Shown: positions 13,144-26,082, counted from the stretch's first letter. The stretch: DNA of 64,000 bases from Rhodospirillales bacterium (GCA_038143065.1 JAYQLI010000035.1:224001-288000); one strand, 5' to 3'. A program made the numbers and translations. The notes: generated by a model from the letters alone, not told the origin.

Positions 13144-14770
13144 ATTATTGCGGGCTCCGGTGCTTCGCGACCCAACATCATATCGGCTGCCTTCTCCGCT
13201 ATCATCAATGTGGAGGCGTTCGTATTTGCGGAAGGCATTGTGGGCATGACTGAAGCATCCACGACGCGTAGGCCAGCCAGGCCGTGTACTCGAAGTTCGT
13301 CATCAACTACCGCTGTGGGGTCATTAGTTGGGCCCATTCGGCATGTACCCATCAGATGAAAAGCTGTGGTTCCAATTCCGCGAGCAAAATCAAGAATTTC
13401 ATCATCTGATTGAACCTGGTTGCCGGGTTTATCTTCGCGGACAACATATTTTCCAAGCTCTGGGGTATGAAGTAATCGGCGAGCGAGTTTGACGCCACCA
13501 ATTATGCATTGCTGATCGATTTCATGTTTAAGATAGTTTGGTTGCAGTTCTGGTTTTTCAAAAGGATCTGAAGAACGGGCATGGACGTAACCTAAACTTT
13601 CGGGACGCTGCTGCCAGGCAGCAACCGTAACGCCAGGAAAATCGTCTAATTTTGATTGGACGCCTTCTTTATAGCTTGCTGGAGTAAATGTTAGCTGAAG
13701 ATCTCCTGCATCGAGGGCTTCGTTAGACTTCCAAAAGCAGTGAGCAAGGGTAGGGGAAAGGCCCAGAATTCCCTTCCGAGTAGCTGCATATTTTAATGCC
13801 TCATAAACTACATTGAGGCCACGTACTCTTTCGTTAACAGTTTTAACGTTTACTTCACCAACAAGGCGAGCAGGATAGTGATCACGAAGGTTTTCACCCA
13901 CACCCTTCAGTGAGTGGTGTACTTCAATCCCTCGTGACTGGAGGAAATCTGGTGCACCAATGCCAGATAGTTGGAGTAGTTGGGGGGAGTTTACCGTTCC
14001 GCCACACAACACAACTTCTTTTGTTGCTCGGACCTCTCGAGCTTTTCCTCCACGACCTCCTTTTGAATATGCAACTCCAACAGCTTTATTGCCTTCGAAG
14101 AGAATTTTTGTCGTATGCGCGTTCGTCCTAATATCAAGATTGCCAGTCTTTTTTACTGCTGGATGTAAAAAACCTCTCGCTGCAGACATTCTTCTGCCAT
14201 TTAGAATGGCTCGCTGGAAGTAACCAACTCCCTCTTGTGACGAGCCGTTGTAATCAGGGTTTTTGGGATGCCTAGGCCGACTGCACCCTCAATGAAGGCC
14301 TCGCACAAGGGATCACGCCAGTCGATATCTGTTACCGTTAGTCCGCCATCTCTGCCCCGAAACGTATCATCGCCACCACCAATACGCTTCTCTGTCCGAC
14401 GGAAGTACGGGAGGATATCTGAATACCCCCAACCCCGGTTGCCCATTTGTGCCCAGCCATCAAAATCAGCACGCTGACCCCTGATATATATGTGGCCATT
14501 AATTGATGATGATCCACCAAGCGTTTTTCCCCGCGGTGCGTGTACTCGACGGCCGTTGGTACCCTCGCTTGGTTCGCTCTCATACATCCAATTTACGCGG
14601 GGATTTACTAAAGTGTACATAAACCCTGCTGGTATATGACTGAACGGATGTAAATCTCTGGGACCGGCTTCTAGAACACAGACCTTTTGTCCTGCTTCTG
14701 CTAGCCGAGCAGAAAGGACGGAGCCAGCTGAACCTGCCCCTACGATTACGTAATCGAAAAGGTCTGACAT
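13140..14770 (-). CDS. GMC family oxidoreductase (choline dehydrogenase-like; indel near 14260)
   Basis: VGAGSAG, GKTLGGSSSING, SPQLLQLSGIG, HLMGTCRMG, LRVVDASVMP. Confidence 0.88.
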
Positions 14771-14914
14771 GTTGGAAACCTCTTTAATTTATCAATTAAT
14801 TTCTGGGTAATATTCCCAAAAAGAATAATTAATAAATCATTATTTAAAACAACTCATTGGTGGAAAATTCATTTCAAGGCTGAGTGAAAAAAGTAGAATT
14901 TCTTGTAACTGAAA

Positions 14915-16491
14915 TTAATCAAATTTAAGCGTCTTCACTGTAAGTACATCTGGTAAGTTTTCTAAGGTTTTAAGGACTTCTGGGGAACATGCACTATCGA
15001 GCTGTATTAGTGCGACAGCAGACCCGTCGCCCTCTGCACGTCCAAGATGAAAATTAGCAATGTTTACACCAGCGTTGCCTAGAGTTGAACCAAGGCGGCC
15101 TATGAACCCTGGTTTGTCTTCGTTGCGAACAAATAACATGAAGCCTTTGAGTTCTGCTTCCATCCGTGCATCGTGCATACGAACTAAACGAGGTGCACCA
15201 CCGAATATAGCCCCGGATGCACTGCGCTGACGGCGGTCTGTCTCAACAGATACAGTAATAGTTGCCTGATAATTTTCTATTTCTTGATTGGAAACCTCCG
15301 TAACCTCAATTCCTCGCTCTCGTGCCATTAAAGGAGCATTGACCATATTCACACTGTCAACTTGAGGCCTTAGCAGCCCTTCCAGCGCGATAGCAGTCAG
15401 TGGGCGTGTGTTAAGGGTAGCCACATGGCCACGGTAGGTAAGTGTAACTTTTCGAAGACCGGTTTCAGTTAATTGCCCAGCAAAACTTCCAAGTCGTGCA
15501 GCTAAATCCATGTAGGGCTTTAGTTTAGGAGCATCTTCAGCCGATATCGAAGGCATATTTATCGCGTTTGAAACGGCCCCATTTAACAGGTAATCAGACA
15601 TCTGCTCTGCTACCTGAATTGCAACATTCTCTTGCGCTTCTTCAGTTGCGGCACCTAGGTGGGGGTGGCAATAAAATTTGGACAGCCAAAGAGAGGATTA
15701 TCTTTTGCGGGTTCAACCGCGAAAACATCGAAAGCGGCTCCAGCAACCTGGCCTGATTTAAGCGCTTCAGCCAGGTCCTCTTCAACTACTAGACCACCAC
15801 GAGCGCAATTCACAATTCTTACGCCAGGTTTGCATTTGGCGAGAGATACCTTGTTAATCATTCCCCGTGTCTGGTCAGTCATTGGGGTGTGGAGGGTGAT
15901 GAAATCCGAACGTACAAGAACTGCTTCTAGGTCACCCTTTTCAACGCCTAGGTCGCGTGCTCTATCCTCTGAAAGGAAGGGATCGAATGCTAACACGCGC
16001 ATGCGAAGGCCTAAGGCACGCTCTGCAACAATAGAGCCAATGTTCCCACAGCCGATAAGACCTAAGGTCTTTCCAGTAAGCTCTACGCCCATGAAACGGG
16101 ACTTTTCCCATTTGCCAGCTTGAGTAGACGCATCGGCCGCAGGTATTTGCCGCGCCGTTGCGAACAGCATGGCAATGGCATGTTCCGCGGTCGTAATTGT
16201 GTTGCCATGAGGGGTGTTCATTACAACTACACCACGCGAAGTAGCTGCAGACACGTCTACGTTATCTACGCCAATACCTGCGCGTCCTATCACTTTAAGG
16301 TTGGAAGCAGCAGACAGCATTTCCGCAGTAACTTTTGTAGCAGATCGGATTGCTAAACCATCGTACTTACCAATAATTTTAATTTGCTCATCAGCAGGCA
16401 GGCCAGGCTTGAAATCAACCTCAATTCCGCGTGTCTGAAAAATTTCTAGAGCACGTTCAGAGAGTTGGTCAGAGATAAGTACCTTAGCCAT
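14915..16491 (-). CDS. serA: D-3-phosphoglycerate dehydrogenase (indel near 15660)
   Basis: [27 protein letters not shown]...EAQENVA, C-terminal ACT domain. Confidence 0.95.
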
Positions 16492-16494
16492 TAT

Positions 16495-17669
16495 TTATAC
16501 AGCCTTTTTGAAGGTTTCAGCTTTTGTGATCTGATAGGACCAGTCTAGCCAAGGAAGCAAAGCGGCCATGTCGCTCTCTTCAACTGTTGCTCCTCCCCAA
16601 AGTCTTAAGCTTGGGGGCGCATCACGATGATTATTTGTATCGTAAGCGATACCTTCAACTTCTAAGCGAGAGGAGAGAGATTTCGAGAATGCTCGTAATT
16701 CATCTTCCGATAGGTTTTTGAGGTCTGGGTCGACGTACTTAAGACAGATTGCTGTTGAGGAGCGTGTGTCTTTTGAAACTGCCATGAAGTCTGCCCATTG
16801 AGAGACAGCTACCCAGTCTTCTACAGCTTTTAGAGATGCTTTAGAGCGAGTGACACAAGCTTGTCCACCACCAATTTTCTTGAACCAACGAAGTCCATCA
16901 AGAGCATCTTCGACACATAACATGGACGGGGTGTTTAACGTTTCACCCTTGAACAGACCTTCGTTAAGTTTACCAGCTTTGGTCATCCTAAAAATTTTTG
17001 GAAGGGGCCATGGTGGATCATATGTTTCGAGCCTTTCAACTGCTCGAGGAGATAAAGCAAGCATGCCATGGGCAGCTTCTCCTCCCATAGCCTTTTGCCA
17101 TGACCAGGTAACAACGTCCAACTTACTCCAAGGTAATTCCATAGCGAAAGCAGCTGATGTTGCATCACATATAGAAAGTCCCTCTCTATCAGCCGGAATC
17201 CAGTCAGCGTGAGGAACGCGAACACCTGAAGTCGTTCCATTCCAACAGAAGACTACGTCTCGGTTCCAGTCAACTAAACTTAGATTAGGAATTTCGCCAT
17301 ATGGAGCCTCCAGAATTCGAAGGTCATCAAGCTTAAGCTGGGACTTAAGATCAGTTGCCCATGACTTCCAAAGCTTTCCCAGACAAGGCTATCTACACCA
17401 CGTTTTCCGAGCAAAGACCAAAGTGCCATTTCTACAGCACCGGTATCGGAGGCAGGCACAATTGCAAGGCGCCAATCTTCAGGCATTTGCAAAATAGATT
17501 TTGATTGTTCGATAACCTCAAGCAGCTTGGCTTTGCCAGGCGTTGAGCGATGAGAACGACCGAGGAGAGCATCGTCGAGAGCTTTTGTAGACCAACCAGG
17601 GCGCTTAGGGCAGGGTCCTGATGAAAAGTAGGGATTTTTCGGACGAATTGCAGGCTTATTGGTCATCAT
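16495..17669 (-). CDS. serC: Phosphoserine aminotransferase, alphaproteobacterial/Methanosarcina type (indels)
   Basis: [56 protein letters not shown]; adjacent to serA. Confidence 0.92.
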
Positions 17670-17882
17670 AAAATGCTCCAAACCAGGAATGAGATTCGGC
17701 GTACGGCACGCCCCTTTTAGGCACAACAGTGCGGATCGCCGCAGACATATGATTAGTTAAAAAAAAGGAGAGATGTTGTGGGCAAAACACCTAGGATCAT
17801 AAAACATGGCAGTCAGGACTGGATTTCTAGCGATTAAAGTGAACTTAAATACTGCCTTTCGGGTGCGCAGTCTTAAATTACG

Positions 17883-18754
17883 CTATCGAGTCGGAATTGG
17901 TTCAGGGCCGCTATAGTCATAGAAGCCTCTTCCTGTTTTTCTTCCAAGCCAACCAGCTTCAACATATTTCACAAGAAGAGGGCATGGCCGATACTTCGAG
18001 TCTGCTAAACCTTCATACAGAACCTGCATAACGGATAGACAGGTGTCGAGGCCAATAAAGTCGGCGAGCTCTAACGGTCCCATTGGATGGTTGGCGCCAA
18101 GCTTCATTGCTGTATCAATTGCTTCGACAGATCCAACTCCCTCGTAGAGGGTATAAACAGCCTCATTGATCATTGGGAGAAGTATTCTATTGACTATGAA
18201 TGCCGGGAAATCCTCGGAAGAAACCGCCTGTTTCCCAAGAGCTTTGGTAAGATCGCGAACAGCTCCCACTGTTTCATCTTCAGTTGCAATACCTCTAATT
18301 ACTTCAACCAGCTGCATCATCGGCACTGGATTCATAAAGTGCATTCCGATGAAACGACCTGGACGATCTGTTGCTGCGGCAAGACGAGTGATTGGGATTG
18401 AGGAAGTATTGGTGGCTATTATTGCCTCAGAATTGAGGTGCGGAATTAACGCTTCAAAGACCGTTTTTTAACTGCCTCATCCTCAGTTGCAGCTTCAACA
18501 ACCATCTGCCGATCTAACATATCAGCCATAGATGTAGATGTTTGAACTCTTAAAAGCGCTTCGTGCTTATCAACTTCTTCAAAGAGGCCGCGGCGGACCT
18601 GACGTTCCATATTTTGGTCCATCGCTTGCATTGCAGCGTCAAGGCGATCTTCACTAATATCCATGAGCCGAACGTCTAGGCCTGATAATGCGCAAACATG
18701 CGCAATGCCAGTGCCCATCTGCCCAGCGCCGATGACACCGATACGCTTAATCAT
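17883..18754 (-). CDS. hbd: 3-hydroxybutyryl-CoA dehydrogenase (indel near 18465)
   Basis: GAGQMG, TNTSSI, MHFMNP, FIVNRIL, HPMGPL, GWLGRK; follows etfAB. Confidence 0.9.
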
Positions 18755-18780
18755 ATGGATTGTCCTAAAGAAGTCGGCCG

Positions 18781-19731
18781 TTAGCTGGCCGCCTTGCGTG
18801 TTTCAATTTCTGATGTCAGTTCGGGGACCGATTTAAATAAATCACCAACAAGTCCGTAGTCGGCTACTGAAAATATTGGAGCCTCCTCATCTTTGTTTAT
18901 GGCTACTATTACCTTCGAGTCTTTCATTCCAGCTAAATGCTGGATAGCGCCTGATATACCAACAGCAATATACAATTCTGGAGCGACGACTTTACCCGTT
19001 TGTCCGACTTGATAGTCGTTGGGTACAAAACCAGCATCTACAGCAGCTCGGCTTGCGCCAACTGCTGCACCAAGCTTATCAGCTAGCTCCTCTAGGATCG
19101 CGAAATTTTCTCCAGAACCCATTCCTCGCCCACCGGAAACAATAATTCCAGCCTGAGTGAGTTCCGGGCGTTCTGACTTTGTGAGTTCACGGCCATTAAA
19201 TACGGAAAGACCAGTGTCTCCAGCGGAAGCTACATCTTCTACTGACGCCGAACCTCCTTCACTGGCCGCAGCATCAAAAGCGGTCGCTCTTACGGTAATT
19301 AACTTTATAGCATCAGAAGATTTTACTGTTGCCAATGCATTTCCAGCGTAGATTGGGCGAACGAAGGTGTCAGCATCTATGACGTCTGTTATTTCTGAAA
19401 TTTGTTGGACGTCTAATAGTGCAGATGCGCGCGGCATCACGTTTTTCCCGAAGCTTGTCGCGCCAACCAGGACGTGAGAATAACTAGACGCTACGTTTTT
19501 CACGAGGCTAGCTACATTTTCGGCTAGTCCATTTGCGTAGGCAGCATCATCAGCTTTAAGAACTTTAGCTACACCAGAAATTTTTGTAGCTGCTTCCGCA
19601 TGGCTGGAACAATCTGCTCCAGTAACTAGCATGTGGACATCACTATCAATTGCTAAAGCTGCAGTAACAGCATTCCTTGATTGAGGAACAATGCCGTTTG
19701 CATCGGTTTCAGCGAGAACTAAGACACTCAT
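18781..19731 (-). CDS. etfA: Electron transfer flavoprotein alpha subunit
   Basis: [32 protein letters not shown]. Confidence 0.96.
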   Translation of the reverse strand: MSVLVLAETDANGIVPQSRNAVTAALAIDSDVHMLVTGADCSSHAEAATKISGVAKVLKADDAAYANGLAENVASLVKNVASSYSHVLVGATSFGKNVMPRASALLDVQQISEITDVIDADTFVRPIYAGNALATVKSSDAIKLITVRATAFDAAASEGGSASVEDVASAGDTGLSVFNGRELTKSERPELTQAGIIVSGGRGMGSGENFAILEELADKLGAAVGASRAAVDAGFVPNDYQVGQTGKVVAPELYIAVGISGAIQHLAGMKDSKVIVAINKDEEAPIFSVADYGLVGDLFKSVPELTSEIETRKAAS

Positions 19732-20480
19732 TAGATCACCTTCGCTTCATTCATGAGCTTATCAACAAGTTGTGCAACATCTTCTACTTTGGCACCACCC
19801 TCACGCTTTGGAGGCTCAGCCACTGTTAATACTTCAAGACGTGGTGTTTCATCCACACCAAGATCAGCTGGTGACGTTTCGTCAATGGGCTTTTTCTTTG
19901 CTTTCATGATATTCGGCAGTGACGCATATCTAGGTTCGTTTAACCGCAAATCTGATGTCACAACAGCTGGAAGTGTAACAGTTATGGTTTCTAGTCCACC
20001 ATCCACTTCGCGCGTCACTTGAGCGTTACCGCCATCGACTTTCACCACGGATGCAAATGTCGCTTGAGCCCAGCCAAGGAGGGCTGCCGTCATTTGTCCA
20101 GTTTGGTTGCTGTCATCATCGATGGCTTGTTTTCCTACGATGATAAGCTGAGGTTGCTCTTTGTCCGCAAGCGCCTTTAAGCATTTGGCTACTGCCAACG
20201 GCTCTAAGTTAGCATCGGTTTTTACGAGAATACCGCGATCTGCACCCATAGCGAGAGCAGTTCTGATTGTCTCTTGTGCCTGTTGAGGACCAATAGAAAC
20301 TGCTATGACCTCTTCGGCCACGCCAGCTTCCTTCATGCGAACCGCTTCTTCTATTGATATCTCATCAAAAGGGTTCATGGACATTTTTACGTTTTGCGTT
20401 TCGACACCGCTACCATCCGGTTTCACTCGGATTTTTACGTTGTAGTCGATGACGCGTTTAACGGGCACCAGCACTTTCAT
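19731..20480 (-). CDS. etfB: Electron transfer flavoprotein beta subunit
   Basis: [35 protein letters not shown]. Confidence 0.96.
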   Translation of the reverse strand: MKVLVPVKRVIDYNVKIRVKPDGSGVETQNVKMSMNPFDEISIEEAVRMKEAGVAEEVIAVSIGPQQAQETIRTALAMGADRGILVKTDANLEPLAVAKCLKALADKEQPQLIIVGKQAIDDDSNQTGQMTAALLGWAQATFASVVKVDGGNAQVTREVDGGLETITVTLPAVVTSDLRLNEPRYASLPNIMKAKKKPIDETSPADLGVDETPRLEVLTVAEPPKREGGAKVEDVAQLVDKLMNEAKVI

Positions 20481-20800
20481 TTTTGGGCGGTCGCCTTTCA
20501 AGTACTCGGGTAAAAGGAACAAATCAAACACCAGCGTGTGAGATTCAACTATATGAGACGATTTAAGAAGAGCCTTCGCCTGAGTCAAGTTTTTCAAGGC
20601 AATACTAATTACGATTATTAACTAGATTGCTTATATGACATCTCAGGTCGCAAGGAATATGCACCTCCCTAACCTCTGTGCCGTTTCCTGTTCGTTCTTT
20701 CCTCAATAAAAATTTAATGGCTAAAGATGTGCCGCATATTACATAGGTGTTTAAATCATCTTATGTCTTTCAAACAGTCGACTGTTTTCAGGAGAAATAA

Positions 20801-21661
20801 ATGACGGCGGCAGCAGTTGATATTGTACGGACTGTCGAGGAATTGCGGAGTAGGGTTATCTCTTGGCGGTCAGAAGCTTTGAGTGTGGGACTGATCCCTA
20901 CCATGGGTGCGCTTCACGCAGGGCATTTGAGCCTCGTAGAGGCAGCCCTAAAAGAATATGACAGGGTAATAGCTACTCTATTTGTCAATCCACGTCAGTT
21001 TGATCGTCCCGAAGACCTAGCGAAGTATCCCAGGACTGAGGACGACGATGCGGCTAAGTTGGCGTCCGCTAATGCACATTTGCTGTATGCACCAAACGTC
21101 GATGAGATATACCCGTCTGGATATTCTACTAATATCTCAGTGTCGGGTGTTAGTTCAGGATTATGTGGTGGCGATAGACCAGGCCATTTTGATGGCGTGG
21201 CAACTGTGTGCACAAAATTATTTCTGCAATCCGGAGCAGATGGTGCTTTTTTTGGAGAAAAAGATTTTCAACAATTACGCGTGGTTCAACAATTTGTCAG
21301 AGATTTAAATATCCCAATACTAATTCATCCATGCCCGACAGTACGCGAAGATGATGGGCTTGCCTTATCATCTAGAAATAAACACCTCTCTGATGAAATG
21401 CGTTCTCGCGCACCCGTGTTGCACCAGCGCTTGAGGGCAGCGGCAGAACAGCTACTTAATGGTGCTCCAGTAGATGTTATTATGAAAGAATCCATAGATT
21501 TTATTTTAAAATCGGGTTTCGATCGTGTGGACTATTTTGAGCTCCGAGATGCTAAAAATCTGGGACTTCTGCAACAAAACTCTTCGAATTCAAGACTTTT
21601 CGTAGCGGCTTGGTTGGGTAAAGTTAGACTCATAGATAATATAGCCGTTATACCTTCTTAG
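20801..21661 (+). CDS. panC: Pantoate--beta-alanine ligase
   Basis: PTMGALHAGH, FVNP, RPGHFDGV, FGEKDFQQ, GLALSSRN, RLIDN. Confidence 0.96.
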   Translation: MTAAAVDIVRTVEELRSRVISWRSEALSVGLIPTMGALHAGHLSLVEAALKEYDRVIATLFVNPRQFDRPEDLAKYPRTEDDDAAKLASANAHLLYAPNVDEIYPSGYSTNISVSGVSSGLCGGDRPGHFDGVATVCTKLFLQSGADGAFFGEKDFQQLRVVQQFVRDLNIPILIHPCPTVREDDGLALSSRNKHLSDEMRSRAPVLHQRLRAAAEQLLNGAPVDVIMKESIDFILKSGFDRVDYFELRDAKNLGLLQQNSSNSRLFVAAWLGKVRLIDNIAVIPS

Positions 21662-21699
21662 CTCAGCTGCTCAGAAAATTTCAGGGACTCAGTAAAGTC

Positions 21700-22905
21700 A
21701 TGACCACTGCTTTAGACAAAGATAGAATTCGGTTGCGCGATCAAGCTCGTGAGTTAGCGCAAGGACCTATAAGGGCCCGGGCTGCTGAAGTTGATAGAAC
21801 TGAGCAATACCCTTGGGATCATGTTGATGCGATGAAAGATGCAGGATTCCTCGGGATGACTATCCCTAAGGCTTATGGAGGGCAAAGCAAGGACTGGCTT
21901 GATGCTGTTCTCGTAATCGAGGAGATGGCTAAGACTTGCTCAATTGCAGGGCGCATTGCGGTTGAAACCAACATGGGTGCTGTTTCAGCAATAATGGCTT
22001 ATGGCTCTGAAGAACAACGTAAACTTGCGGCTGATATGGTGTTGTCTGGAGATAAGCCTGCGATCTGTATTACTGAGCCAGACGCGGGATCAGACGCCAG
22101 CGGTATGACCACGCGAGCAGATAAGCGAGGCAACCGGTATGTTATGAATGGAAAGAAGCATTGGATTACTGGGGGCGGGGTGTCGAGGCTTCATTTAATA
22201 TTTGCAAAGATATTTGATGAGCAGGGAAATTTTGAGGGTGTAGGAGGTTTTTTAGCTATCAGGGATGAAACCCAAGGGCTTGAGATTGTGAAGCGTGAGC
22301 CAACAATGGGACTTCGTGGAATTCCTGAAGCAGAAGTAGCCTTTAATGATATGGAGCTCCCTCCTTCAGCATTAATCATGCCCCCCAGAGGTCTCAAGAA
22401 AGGCTTCGCGGATCTTATGACCGCGTACAATAGCCAACGTGTTGGTGCGGGCACAGTTGCACTCGGTATCATGGAAGGTGCCTATGAACTTGCTCTTGAT
22501 TGGACGGAAGAGCGGGAGCAATTTGGGCGTCCGATAAATGAATTTCAGGGTGTGCAATGGCGTCTAGCAGATATGTCAATTCGTATCGCAGCAGCTCAGG
22601 CATTGATTTATAAAGCGGCAGAGAGTGGTAAGGGTGGCTTCCCCGATAAAATTATGGCTGCACAGGCCAAGATTTATACCTCGGAAAACGCCATTCAAGT
22701 TGTCAATGAAGCTCTGCAGCTGTTCGGAGCCCGGGGTATTCTAGAAACTTACCTCTGGAGAGAATGGCTCGCGATGTTCGCATGTTTTACAATTGGGGGC
22801 GGTACAGCGGAAGTACTACGTAACGTGGTTGCTTCGGGATTGTTGGGCAAAAAACTGCCCCAAACGCGAGATGGTTATTTGCCAAAAATGGAGGCAGCAG
22901 AGTAA
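21700..22905 (+). CDS. 3-sulfinopropionyl-CoA desulfinase-like acyl-CoA dehydrogenase
   Basis: EQYPW, GRI, GDKPAIC.TEP, WITGGGVS.LHLIFA, RGIPE, YNSQRVGAG (Gln where dehydrogenases use Glu), LPQTRDGY C-terminus; compensating indels 22735-22788. Confidence 0.8.
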   Translation: MTTALDKDRIRLRDQARELAQGPIRARAAEVDRTEQYPWDHVDAMKDAGFLGMTIPKAYGGQSKDWLDAVLVIEEMAKTCSIAGRIAVETNMGAVSAIMAYGSEEQRKLAADMVLSGDKPAICITEPDAGSDASGMTTRADKRGNRYVMNGKKHWITGGGVSRLHLIFAKIFDEQGNFEGVGGFLAIRDETQGLEIVKREPTMGLRGIPEAEVAFNDMELPPSALIMPPRGLKKGFADLMTAYNSQRVGAGTVALGIMEGAYELALDWTEEREQFGRPINEFQGVQWRLADMSIRIAAAQALIYKAAESGKGGFPDKIMAAQAKIYTSENAIQVVNEALQLFGARGILETYLWREWLAMFACFTIGGGTAEVLRNVVASGLLGKKLPQTRDGYLPKMEAAE

Positions 22906-22981
22906 TTTAGGAAATTATCTTTGCGCTAATTCTGCGTTTGATCGCCCAACATTCCTCGTAATACGGGTGTTTTAATTTCAT

Positions 22982-23802
22982 TCACTTTTTGGCGTCGCGC
23001 TCTAACTGCTCCCAGTCAAACATTGCAGGCTGTTTGGTTGCGAAACGCTTGATGGCGTCTTTATGAAATTCGGTTGGGTAAAGTTGGGCTTGCCCGAAAG
23101 CTTCAAATTCTAACATTGTGCGATGATCGCTTTCGAAGCTTTTTGCAACAGCACCTTTGCAGTGGCAATTGCAGTTGTTGAAGCCTTGCAAAAACGTCGA
23201 GCAAAGTCTGAGGCGCTTGTAACCAAGTCCTCATCATTTTCTACAATGGTATGAACAAAACCAAGGCTTTTAGCTTCATCAGGTTTCACACGCCGTCCCG
23301 TAAAAATTATGTCTTTTGCTTTCTGCATGCCGATAGTGCGAGGCAACGTATACAGCAGGCCCCAGTCTGGAATGAGGCCAATACGTGCAAAGGAACATGT
23401 AAAGCGTGTTGAGGGACCGGCGAAGACGAAGTCTGCCATAAGTGCTAAGCCAAAACCGGCTCCCGCTGCATGTCCATTTACGGCCGCGATAACAGGAAGT
23501 TCAAGGTGAAGTAGCTCAAAAAGCCGAGTTTGAGAACGACGCATGCGGGCTCTACCAGCAACGACATCATTGCGTTTTGGGTCATTCATGGCTTTTACGT
23601 CGCCACCTGCACAAAATGAATTACCAGCTCCAGTTATCACTAACGCTTTTACTTCCGTCCCTGCTTTGGCCTTGAGGTCCTGAATAATCCAATCAAGGTC
23701 TGCGCGCATTTCTTCGGAAAGCGCATTGCGCGCCTCTGGGCGGTTAAGAGTGATGACCGCCAAACCATCATTTATGGAATATAAAGCGTGCTGAAGTTGC
23801 AT
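22982..23802 (-). CDS. Enoyl-CoA hydratase/isomerase family protein (indel near 23140)
   Basis: LNRPEARNAL, FCAGGD, AVNGHAAGAG, GLIPD. Confidence 0.88.
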
Positions 23803-23857
23803 TATGCATCCCTTCGTTAAAATTTCGCACAGGTAGAATTTTCTATAGGTTGTTTTT

Positions 23858-24408
23858 TTAAACTCTTTCTGACAGCCAAATGGCGAGTTTTGAGCCTCGT
23901 TTGATAAAAAAGCTCATTACTTCAAAACCTGGAGCTTGTTCAGCGTCATGTTCGAGACCGATATCTCTGTGTTCAAGCTCTTCTGCACGGAATTCAGCGA
24001 TAGATTGTTTTAGCTTATTTTCACTTTCAGGAAGTCTGTCGAGCTGGCTCTGGTAATGCTCGTCGATAGCCTCTTCGACAGCAACTGTGCACGCCATTGC
24101 TGCCTTTGGCCCCATTAGTGCCGTGGCAGCACCTAGGCAAAGCCAGCAGCATGCCAAATTGGTAAGAGAGCTGTTGGCCTAATCCCTCGATCGCTTATGG
24201 CATCTGAGAAGAAATTAAGGTGCTTCTCCTCTTGTTCGGCCATATGTTGAATTGTGGGAGCATACTTAGACTTTCCCAGAACAGCGAGCTGTCCTGCATA
24301 AAGCCATTTTGCCCCAAACTCTCCCGCAGGATCCACGCGAATTATCCGTTCAATTTCTTCTTTTTCTGAAGGATCACCCGCCAGGCGCTGTTTCGATTTT
24401 TCAGTCAT
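23858..24408 (-). CDS. coq7: Demethoxyubiquinone hydroxylase (di-iron; indel near 24135)
   Basis: IIRVD.AGE.GA..YAGQ, EEKH, RPT, MACTVAVE, EELEH, AIWLSE. Confidence 0.88.
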
Positions 24409-24930
24409 TTTGAAAAAATCCGTTTCACATCTCTTATCACCACATAGAGCGCGCTTGTTCCGGTGACCAGAGCAATTAAACCATTCCATCCAGCCATGGA
24501 GATGCCTAAGAATGACCAGGCTATTTCATCACAGCGTACTACAGGACGGGTAAGTAGCTGTTTTCGAATATCTTCGATATTGCCTGTACCAAATCCTTGA
24601 AACCCAGATCCACATTCTGCCGTTCCGGCCCACCAGTGCTGCTCTACACCTACATGAAAAGCAGCAAAACCGGCTCCCTGTTAATGCTGCAATGGCAGCG
24701 ATTAAGAGTAGAAGAAGGCTTATGGCAATCCGGCTTTTGCCTTCTGCTAATAAAGAAAGAAAGGAGAAAAGGACCGCAATACCCCAAGCTTTTCTTTGGT
24801 CTATACACAAAGCGCAAGGCGCAAGGTTTCCAAGGTGTTGGAACGCCAAGGCTGCAGCAAGCGCAGCAAGCCCAATACCAGCCATTAGGGCAGCCGCATT
24901 TAATCTGTTGACCGAGGCGAAGAATTTCAT
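24405..24930 (-). CDS. dsbB: Disulfide bond formation protein B family (indels)
   Basis: PCALCIDQR; frame-corrected HVGVEQHWWAG..EC and PVVRCDEIAWSFLGISMAGWN. Confidence 0.8.
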
Positions 24931-24957
24931 CTTATCAAGATATCATGTGATCTGAGC

Positions 24958-26077
24958 TCAACGCGAGCGTGGTGTCAGATTAATTCCGCGTTCGCTGTTT
25001 TGATTTGTTTCTCCAGCTAGAGCACTCCAACTGTCACGAATTCTGATGAGTGCTTGTCGCTCTTTCTTGGTATCAATTTTTGCTTTTACTGACATACCTG
25101 CTCGCAGCGAGCTCAAGCCTGGTCCCGGTTTTAGCCGAAGCTTAACTGGCAAACGCTGAACTACCTTTACCCAATTTCCAGTAGCATTTTGCGGTGGGAG
25201 TATTGCAAATTCTGCTCCAGTCGCGGGACTAATGCTTTCAACTTCAGCATCAATCGAAACGTCGGGATAAGCATCTGGTGAAATCACCGCAGTTTGGCCA
25301 ACTTCAATGTTTGTAAGCTCTGTTTCCTTTAAGTTAGCGATGACCCAAGGAGTTTGATCAACGATTAAACTAAAAGCTGCATCGCCGGCATCTAAATGCT
25401 CGCCAACTTGGAGATGCATGTTCGAGATAATTCCCGAAGTGGGTGCCATTACTACAGTCCGCTTCAGGTCTAGTTTCTTAGCTTCAAGTTCGGCCATTCT
25501 GCTGAGGTAGAGGGCACGCTGCTCCAGACGGGCGTTCAGGAACTCCGGAAAGTACAGCTTTTACCCGCTCAACTTTGGCCCGAACAGTTCTCAAACGGTC
25601 TTTTGCAACGGATAATTGGAGTTCAGCTTCGTCGGCGCGAGAGCGAGTGGTTACCCCTCGGGTGAGAAGACTGCGCTGGCGTTCAACATCCTTGGTGTAA
25701 TAAGAAATTCGGCTCTGCCACTCGCCTTCTTCCGTTACAGCTTCTTTTAATTCAGCTTGTAGGCTCGCAATGGCAGCACCAACTTTTGCGAGCTCAGCCT
25801 CTGCATGGGCTACAGCGATTTTAAAAGGCTCTGGATCAACTCGAAAGAGGATATCTCCAGCCTCAACTCTATCGTGATCCCTGACGAGGACGTCTATCAC
25901 TCGGCCATCTAGATCGGTGGAGATTTGAACGATATCTGACTTCACATAGGCATTTTCAGTGCTGACATATCGTCCGCCCGTTAGATAAAAATACCCGGCT
26001 GCAGCGATAGCCGCAGCTGGAAGACAGATCAGTAATACAAAGCGCATTAAGCCGCGTGAGAGTCTGCGGAAAGCCAT
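24958..26077 (-). CDS. HlyD/EmrA-family membrane fusion protein (indel near 25520)
   Basis: STENAYV, lipoyl-like halves, ANLKETEL, ATGAEFAILPPQNATGNWVKVVQRLPV. Confidence 0.9.
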
Positions 26078-26082
26078 AAATT

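Noticed and set aside
22735-22790. Odd segment GILETYLWREWLAMFAC in the desulfinase-like protein
   Set aside because: Two compensating indels; the corrected frame reads GYSRNLPLERMARDVRMF, the normal family sequence
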